A DNA stretch of 64,000 nucleotides, from positions 37,532 through 101,531 of the forward strand of contig CAVXTP010000001.1 in assembly GCA_963764715.1 (NCBI GenBank), given 5' to 3'. Below the pieces are notes generated by a model, which searched no databases, was not told where the DNA came from, and was given only the letters and a program-made list of their open reading frames with translations. The stretch is from an uncultured Acidobacteriota bacterium. Lineage in GTDB: Bacteria; Acidobacteriota; Thermoanaerobaculia; UBA5066; Gp7-AA6. Numbering within the stretch: position 1 is the first letter of the stretch; each line of letters starts with the position of its first letter. This document shows, piece by piece, positions 58,433-64,000 of this stretch. The translations under genes and the position numbers were made by a program.

Positions 58433-59399
58433 GCGAGAAGGCCAGCCAGTTCCGGATCGGGCTCTTCGTCACCGTCGGGGTGGCGATCGTGCTCGCTGGC
58501 GCTCTTCCTCTTCGGCATCCGGGAGGCGTTCCAACCGAAGGACATGTTCGAGACCTACGTGATCGGGGACGTCGAGGGCCTCTCGGTCGGCTCCGTCGTG
58601 GAGCTGCGCGGCGTCGCCGTGGGCAAGGTCACCCAGATCGGCTTCAGCTGGAACCTCTACCAGGTCGGCCAGCCGACGTGCGTCGTGGTCCGCTGCAGCG
58701 TGAGCCAGCGAATCATCCCCCCGACCTTCCGGAAGGACTTCGGCGACCGAGATGCAACAGATCGTGGACGGGGGGCTGCGCGCCGTGATCCAGACCAACG
58801 GCATCACGGGCTCGAGCATCGTCGCGCTGCAGAAGATGGACCCGACGCTGTACCCGCCCCTCAAGGTCCCCTGGACGCCGAAGTACTTCTACGTCCCGTC
58901 GGCGCCGAGCCAGCTCGGCCGGCTGCTGGCATCCGTCGACCGGACCCTCGCGAACCTGGAGAAGCTCGACGTCGGCCGTCTCTCCAAGAGCCTCGACGCC
59001 ACGCTCGTCTCCGCCGACGCCGCCCTGCGCGGCTCTCCGAGCTCGACGTCCAGGGCATCTCGAAGAACGCGAATCAGGTGCTGGTCGACGCGTCGGCCGC
59101 GATCAACGAGGTCAAAGGGCTCGTCGCGGACGCGCGCACCGACATCGAGGGGATGAAGCTCCAGGCCCTCGGGCCAGAACACGGGCAAGCTGCTCGAAAA
59201 TGTCGACGCCCGCATGACGGTCCTGCTCGACAAGCTGTCGGGGGTCGACGTGAACGCGCTGAACGACACCCTCGCCGGCACGCGCGAGGCCGCCCGGAAT
59301 CTGAACGAGGCCATCGAGGAGCTCAAGAAGTACCCGTCGGGCTTCCTTCTCGGAGGGCCGCCTCCGCCCGCGTCGGGCCTGCAGAAGGAGAAGAAGTGA
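58429..59399 (+). CDS. MlaD/MCE family protein (frameshifts)
   Basis: FRIGLFV TM; VEGLSVGSVVELRGVAVGKV; C-terminal coiled region. Confidence 0.82.
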
Positions 59400-60023
59400 T
59401 GGCCGAGAGCGCGCGCCGGACTCGATTCCTGGCTCTCGCGATCGCACTCGGGACGGCCGCCGGGTGCGTCTCCAAGGCCGCTCTCGTCCCGCAGTCCTAC
59501 GCCATCGATCCGCCCGCCGCTCGCCTCCGTCGCGCCCCCCGAGCGCGGGACGGTGCTCGCCCTCACCCGCGTGGACGTCGCGGCGCCCTACGGCGGGCTG
59601 TCCTTCGTCTACCGCAGCGGCGACCACGGCATCGAGCGCGATCCGTACGCGAGCTTCGCGGTCTCGCCGGGCTGGATGCTGTCCACGGCCATCCGCGGCT
59701 ACCTGCGCAACGCGCCCTTCGTGCGGGACGTGGTCTCTCCCGGAACAGGCGTTCCGTTCGCGGCGTCGATCGAGGCGCACGCCACCGAGCTCTACGCCGA
59801 CCTCGGAAGCTCCCCGGTCGCGGTCCTCAGCCTCCAGTTCCGGGTCCTCAGCTCGCCGTCGTCCGGAGCGCCCCTCCGGGAGCTCCTTCTGAAGACCTAC
59901 ACGGAGCGCGTCGCCCTCGAATCCCGCACGGCGCAGGCGGCGGCGAAGGCCTGGAACGAGGCCCTGGCGTCGATCATGAAGAGCTTCGCCGCGGACCTCG
60001 AACGCGCGATCCCTCGGGGCTGA
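59399..60023 (+). CDS. ABC-type auxiliary lipoprotein (PqiC-like, frameshift)
   Basis: Lipobox AAGC; FVYR...DPYASFA; position after the MCE gene. Confidence 0.75.
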
Positions 60024-60048
60024 CGCGACGAGCGCCAGGGCATCCCTC

Positions 60049-60558
60049 ATGAAGTGGCCGTCCTTCGTCCAGCACGATCTCGTCGGCGTGCGCTTCGCCC
60101 TGAACGTCTTCATCGCGTCGGCGATTCTCTGGTTCCTGCTCCGCCGCGTCGCCGACACCAACCCCATCTGGGCGATCGCCTCGATGATCGCGGCCTCCGA
60201 CCCGCAGGTGAAGGAGGCGGCCCGCATGTTCCGCAGCCGCATGGTCAACGTGCTCGTGGGCTGCGCGGTCGGCCTCGTCTTTCTCGTCGTCGGCGGATCG
60301 AGCGACTGGAAGCTCCCCCTCGCCCTGGCGGTGACGGTCCTGATCTCGTCCTACGTCATTCACATCCCGACCATGTGGCGGCAGGCGCCGATCACCGCGG
60401 CGATCGTGATCGCGGCGGGCCTGACGCACCAGTCGAAGCTCTCCGGCATCGAGCACGGGCTCCACAAGGTCGCCGAGGTCCTGTTCGGCTGCCTCGTGGG
60501 CCTCGTCGTCAGCTTCGCGATGTCGCGGGTGTGGCCGCTCCCGGAAGCGAAGAAGTAG
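60049..60558 (+). CDS. FUSC/aromatic acid exporter family membrane protein
   Basis: PIWAIASMI...SRMVNVLVGCAVG; several TM segments. Confidence 0.75.
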   Translation: MKWPSFVQHDLVGVRFALNVFIASAILWFLLRRVADTNPIWAIASMIAASDPQVKEAARMFRSRMVNVLVGCAVGLVFLVVGGSSDWKLPLALAVTVLISSYVIHIPTMWRQAPITAAIVIAAGLTHQSKLSGIEHGLHKVAEVLFGCLVGLVVSFAMSRVWPLPEAKK

Positions 60559-61282
60559 GTCGCGCCGCGAAGAGGAAGTTGTTGCAGTAGCCGGCGGCCT
60601 CCCAGAAACGGCCGGGCCCCCGGCGCTGGTGAACCGCCGGGTCGAACTCCTCGACCGGCCGGAGCCCGTCGGGCGAGAAGAAGCCGCCGCGATAGCCGAA
60701 GCCCTCGAGAAACCGGAAGACCTCCCGGGGCGAACGGCCGGCGAGGTGTCTTGCCTCGCACTCGAAGAGCAGGGTCGGCCGGGAACCCTCGAGCGTCCGC
60801 GCCGCTCCCCGAAAGACGGCGAGCTCGTGACCCTCGACGTCGACCTTCACGAACGCGACCGGTCCCGCGCCCTCGAGCTGGTGATCGAGCGTGTCCGCCG
60901 CGACCTCGCGGACCCGCGCGCCGGGAGCGGCGGCCACGGCTTCCTCGAGCGACGCCCCGGGCGAATTCTCCCAACCCGGAACGTGAAGGGACCGCGGGCC
61001 CGCCGAATCCGAGAGCGCGCACTCCCGGACGGCGACGTTCTTCCAGCGCATCCGCGCGCTGACGGACTCGAGGTAACGGGCGAGCCCCGGCTGGGGCTCG
61101 AAGGCGAACACGGAGCCCTCGGCGCCGACCGCGCGCCGCATCCAGTAGAGGTAGGCGCCCTTGTTCGCTCCGACGTCGACGGCCACGTCTCCCGGCGACA
61201 GCTCGCGGAGGACCGCGCGGATCTCGGCGCCCTGGTCCCGATAGCGGGCCTTCATCGCGCGGTACAGGAAGCGTGCTTTCAC
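60509..61282 (-). CDS. FkbM family methyltransferase
   Basis: VDVGANKG, FAFEP, FVKVDVEGHE. Confidence 0.88.
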   Translation of the reverse strand: MKARFLYRAMKARYRDQGAEIRAVLRELSPGDVAVDVGANKGAYLYWMRRAVGAEGSVFAFEPQPGLARYLESVSARMRWKNVAVRECALSDSAGPRSLHVPGWENSPGASLEEAVAAAPGARVREVAADTLDHQLEGAGPVAFVKVDVEGHELAVFRGAARTLEGSRPTLLFECEARHLAGRSPREVFRFLEGFGYRGGFFSPDGLRPVEEFDPAVHQRRGPGRFWEAAGYCNNFLFAARPTSSLPGAATPATSRS

Positions 61283-61388
61283 TGGAGGTCGCCGCCTGGG
61301 CGGCCACGGGATCCTACCAAGCGCCCGGATCCCGGCGGCCGTGATAGAAAAGCAGCCAAGGATCCAACACGACAAGGAGAACAACGCG

Positions 61389-61754
61389 ATGAGGAAGACG
61401 TGGGTTTCCCTGCTGGCGCTCGTCTTGACGGCGGGACTCTCGGCCGGATGCAAGAAAGCGGAGACGTCCGACGCCGGCCAGGCCGCGAAGGACGCCGCCA
61501 GGGAGGCCGGCCAGGCCGCGTCCGAGGCGGCGCAGAAGGCGGGCGAGGCCGTGAAGGAAGGGGCCGAGGCGGCCAAGGAGGTCGCGACGGACGCCGCCGA
61601 CAAGGCCAAGGAGGCCGGCCAGGCGGCGGGCGACGCGGCGAAGGACGCGGCGGCGAAAACCGCCGATGCGGCCAAAGAGGCCGCCGACAAGACGGCGGAG
61701 GCCGCGAAGAAGGCGGCCGAGGACGTCCAGAAGGCGATCACGCCCAAGCCGTAG
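61389..61754 (+). CDS. Ala/Lys/Glu-rich low-complexity lipoprotein
   Basis: AAGGAG RBS; lipobox SAGC; repetitive helical AAKEAA segments. Confidence 0.85.
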   Translation: MRKTWVSLLALVLTAGLSAGCKKAETSDAGQAAKDAAREAGQAASEAAQKAGEAVKEGAEAAKEVATDAADKAKEAGQAAGDAAKDAAAKTADAAKEAADKTAEAAKKAAEDVQKAITPKP

Positions 61755-61777
61755 CGCGGTCAACCCCGGGAACCGCG

Positions 61778-61815
61778 AGCCGTCGTCCGAGCGGTCGGGC
61801 GGCGGCTTTTTCTTC
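61778..61815 (+). terminator. Intrinsic terminator
   Basis: AGCCGTCGTCCGA/TCGGGCGGCGGCT stem followed by a T tract. Confidence 0.8.
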
Positions 61816-61836
61816 TGCGCTAGATTAGGCGGCTCG

Positions 61837-63255
61837 ATGCCCCGCACGAAGATCGTCTGTACCATCGGGCCCGCGTCGCGCTCACCCGAGACCCTGCGCC
61901 GCCTGGCCGACGCGGGAATGGACGTCGCGCGCCTCAACTTCTCGCACGGGACCCACGAGGAGCACGCCGCGGTCCTCTCGACCGTCCGGCGGATCTCGGA
62001 TGAAATCGGGCGGCCGATCGCGGTCCTCCAGGACCTCGGGGGCGTCAAGATCCGGATCGGCGGCGTCGCCGGCGGCGCCGTGCGGCTCGACCCCGGCGCG
62101 GCGTTCACTCTGACGCAGCGCCCGGTCCCCGGCGACGCGCGCGAAGTCTCGCTCGGCTACCCGGACCTCGTCCGGAGCGTCCGGCCGGGCGATGCGCTGC
62201 TGCTCTCCGACGGCGACGTGGAGCTCCGGGTCGAGGCGATCGACACCGTCGACATCCGGTGCCGCGTGATCGCCGGGGGGATCATCTCTTCGCACAAGGG
62301 GATCCACCTGCCCCACCGCTCGATCGCCGCGCCGGGGCTGACGGCCAAGGACCGCGACGACCTCGCCTTCGGAATCGCCCAGGGTGTCGACTACGTGGCG
62401 CTCTCCTTCGTCCGAAGCGCCGCCGACATCCTCGAGGCGCGTCGGTTCATCGACGAGCGGCGCGCGTCGACTCCCATCATCGCCAAGATCGAGAAGCACG
62501 AGGCGCTCGCCTGCATCGACGAGATCCTCGCGGCGTCGGACGGCCTGATGGTCGCCCGCGGGGACCTCGGTGTCGAAACGCCGCTCGAGCACGTGCCCCT
62601 CCTCCAGAAGATGCTGATCGACCGGGCCAACCGCGCGGGGAAGCCCGTCATCACCGCGACCCAGATGCTGCTCTCGATGGTCGACAGCCCGCGCCCGACG
62701 CGCGCCGAGGTCGGCGACGTCGCCAACGCCATCCTCGACGGCACCGACGCCGTGATGCTTTCGGAGGAGACGGCCGCGGGCCGCTTTCCCGTGGAGTCCG
62801 TCGCCACGATGCGACGCATCGCCGAGGACACCGAGGCGGCGTTTCCGTTCGAGGCCTGGATGCGCCGGTTCGAGGACCGGAGCCTGCAGAGCCTGCCGGA
62901 GGCCGTGGCCGGCGCCGCGTGCGAGCTCGCCGAGCACATCGGCGCGGGCGTCATCGTCGCGTGGACGGAGTCGGGCGCCACGGCGCGCCTCGTGGCGCGG
63001 CACCGCCCGCGCCGGCCGATCCTCGCCCTCTCGACCCTTCCGGCGACCGCCCGGCGGCTCGCCCTGGTGTGGGGCGTCATACCGCTCGTCGCCGAAGGAG
63101 GGCCGACCACCGACGCGATGCTCGAGCGCGCCCCGGGCCTCGCCGCGGGCCGCGGACTGCTGAAGCCCGGAGAGACCGCGGTCATCACGGCCGGGGTCCC
63201 GATGGGCGTCTGCGGAAGCACGAACCTGATCAAGGCCGTGAGGGCGCCCGCGTGA
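61837..63255 (+). CDS. pyk: Pyruvate kinase
   Basis: RTKIVCTIGP, RLNFSHG, IAKIEK, MVARGDLG, ATQML, PTRAE. Confidence 0.96.
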   Translation: MPRTKIVCTIGPASRSPETLRRLADAGMDVARLNFSHGTHEEHAAVLSTVRRISDEIGRPIAVLQDLGGVKIRIGGVAGGAVRLDPGAAFTLTQRPVPGDAREVSLGYPDLVRSVRPGDALLLSDGDVELRVEAIDTVDIRCRVIAGGIISSHKGIHLPHRSIAAPGLTAKDRDDLAFGIAQGVDYVALSFVRSAADILEARRFIDERRASTPIIAKIEKHEALACIDEILAASDGLMVARGDLGVETPLEHVPLLQKMLIDRANRAGKPVITATQMLLSMVDSPRPTRAEVGDVANAILDGTDAVMLSEETAAGRFPVESVATMRRIAEDTEAAFPFEAWMRRFEDRSLQSLPEAVAGAACELAEHIGAGVIVAWTESGATARLVARHRPRRPILALSTLPATARRLALVWGVIPLVAEGGPTTDAMLERAPGLAAGRGLLKPGETAVITAGVPMGVCGSTNLIKAVRAPA

Positions 63256-63623
63256 GCCCCGAGCGCGGCCCCACGCCGATCCAGCGCCGCACGACGCGCA
63301 ACATCGTGCTCGGCATCGCCTTCTTCATTCTCGGCGTCATCGGGATTCTCGTCCCCGTCATGCCCCAGGTCGTCTTCTTCTTCCTCTCGGCGCTCTTCTT
63401 CTCCCTCGTCTCCCCGCGCCTGCGCCGCGCCCTGCGCCGTTTCCGCCAGCGCCACCCGAGCGTGGAGAAGGCCTATGCGAAGTGGCGCGAGAAAGGCCGC
63501 AAGCGCCGCCTCAAGCACATCCGGAGGCGCCGGAGAGTGCCGGAGGAGATCGAGGTCGAGGAGGCAGCAGGCGGGAAGCAGGAGGCAGGACGCCCCAAGA
63601 GACACTCTCCTCGCGACAATTAA
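63252..63623 (+). CDS. Small membrane protein (DUF454-like)
   Basis: GTG start overlapping the pyk stop; LGVIGILVPVMPQ hairpin; basic tail. Confidence 0.65.
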   Translation: MSPERGPTPIQRRTTRNIVLGIAFFILGVIGILVPVMPQVVFFFLSALFFSLVSPRLRRALRRFRQRHPSVEKAYAKWREKGRKRRLKHIRRRRRVPEEIEVEEAAGGKQEAGRPKRHSPRDN

Positions 63624-63638
63624 TTAGGAGGAGAAGTC

Positions 63639-64000
63639 TTGGCGGACGGGCACCGGGACCTGGTGGTTTTCCAAAAGGCCTACGGCCTCGCAATGCGCAT
63701 CTTCGAGGCCTCGAAGCGCTTTCCGAGGGCGGAGCAGTTCTCTCTCACAGATCAGATCCGCCGCTCTTCCCGAGGCGTAGCGGCCAATGTCGCCGAGGGC
63801 TTTCGCAAGCGGAGGTACCCGAACCTTTTAGCCAATCGACTTGCTGACGCCGATGGCGAAGTAGCCGAGACGCTGGTCTGGGTCGACTTCGCGGCCGATT
63901 GCGGCTATCTCGATGAGCCGACGAGGGAGACATTGCGACGGGGATACGAGGAAGTCGGACGAATGCTTGGCGCGATTTTGAAGAATCCGAGCAAGTATCG
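63639..64000 (+). CDS. Four-helix-bundle protein (23S rRNA IVS protein family), runs off window
   Basis: AGGAGG RBS, TTG start; DLVVFQKAY...FPRAEQFSLTDQIRRSSRGVAANVAEG...ETLVWVDFAADCGYL. Confidence 0.9.
   Translation, partial: MADGHRDLVVFQKAYGLAMRIFEASKRFPRAEQFSLTDQIRRSSRGVAANVAEGFRKRRYPNLLANRLADADGEVAETLVWVDFAADCGYLDEPTRETLRRGYEEVGRMLGAILKNPSKY

Noticed and set aside
56492-60023. Pseudogenised or programmed-frameshift Mla operon (also 21570, 21815, 50235, 52970)
   Set aside because: Single-base indels, often at short homopolymers, in otherwise intact genes without in-frame stops; most likely long-read assembly errors. Read mapping is needed to confirm
63639-64000. Diversity-generating retroelement (Avd-like gene)
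   Set aside because: No reverse transcriptase in the window. The only near-duplicate pair noticed (41709 vs 42819) differs mostly at codon-level non-adenine positions, as expected for paralogs rather than TR/VR

Overview
This is a GC-rich bacterial chromosomal window. The gene content (many Hanks kinases, a GloVer-repeat protein, a wHTH-TPR regulator) suggests Acidobacteriota, possibly Thermoanaerobaculia; that assignment is an inference. 1-17.6 kb is a tandem minus-strand array of seven Ser/Thr kinases, six with a TM helix plus TolB/PD40-like propeller and one with TolB-N/TPR. Next come an S9 peptidase, htpX, a MacAB-like efflux cluster, tRNA-Arg with tadA, tRNA-Ser, an ABC-2 pair and tRNA-Glu. 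The most unusual signal is at tRNA-Ser(CGA) and tRNA-Glu(CTC): each is followed by hairpin-rich repeats with an exact 170-bp period that rebuild the tRNA 3' end. Degenerate copies of the tRNA-Glu repeat recur about every 2 kb (~30.9, 32.7, 35.1, 37.0 kb) and separate blocks of unrelated accessory genes like a cassette array, with no integrase in view. Downstream lie an accessory region (hydrolases, ogt, decayed paralogs, an ECF sigma with a kinase, a GloVer protein), then mgtE, L,D-transpeptidases, IorAB-like genes, an Mla/Pqi-like ABC system, an FkbM methyltransferase, pyk and a four-helix-bundle gene. Several single-base frameshifts look like assembly errors.
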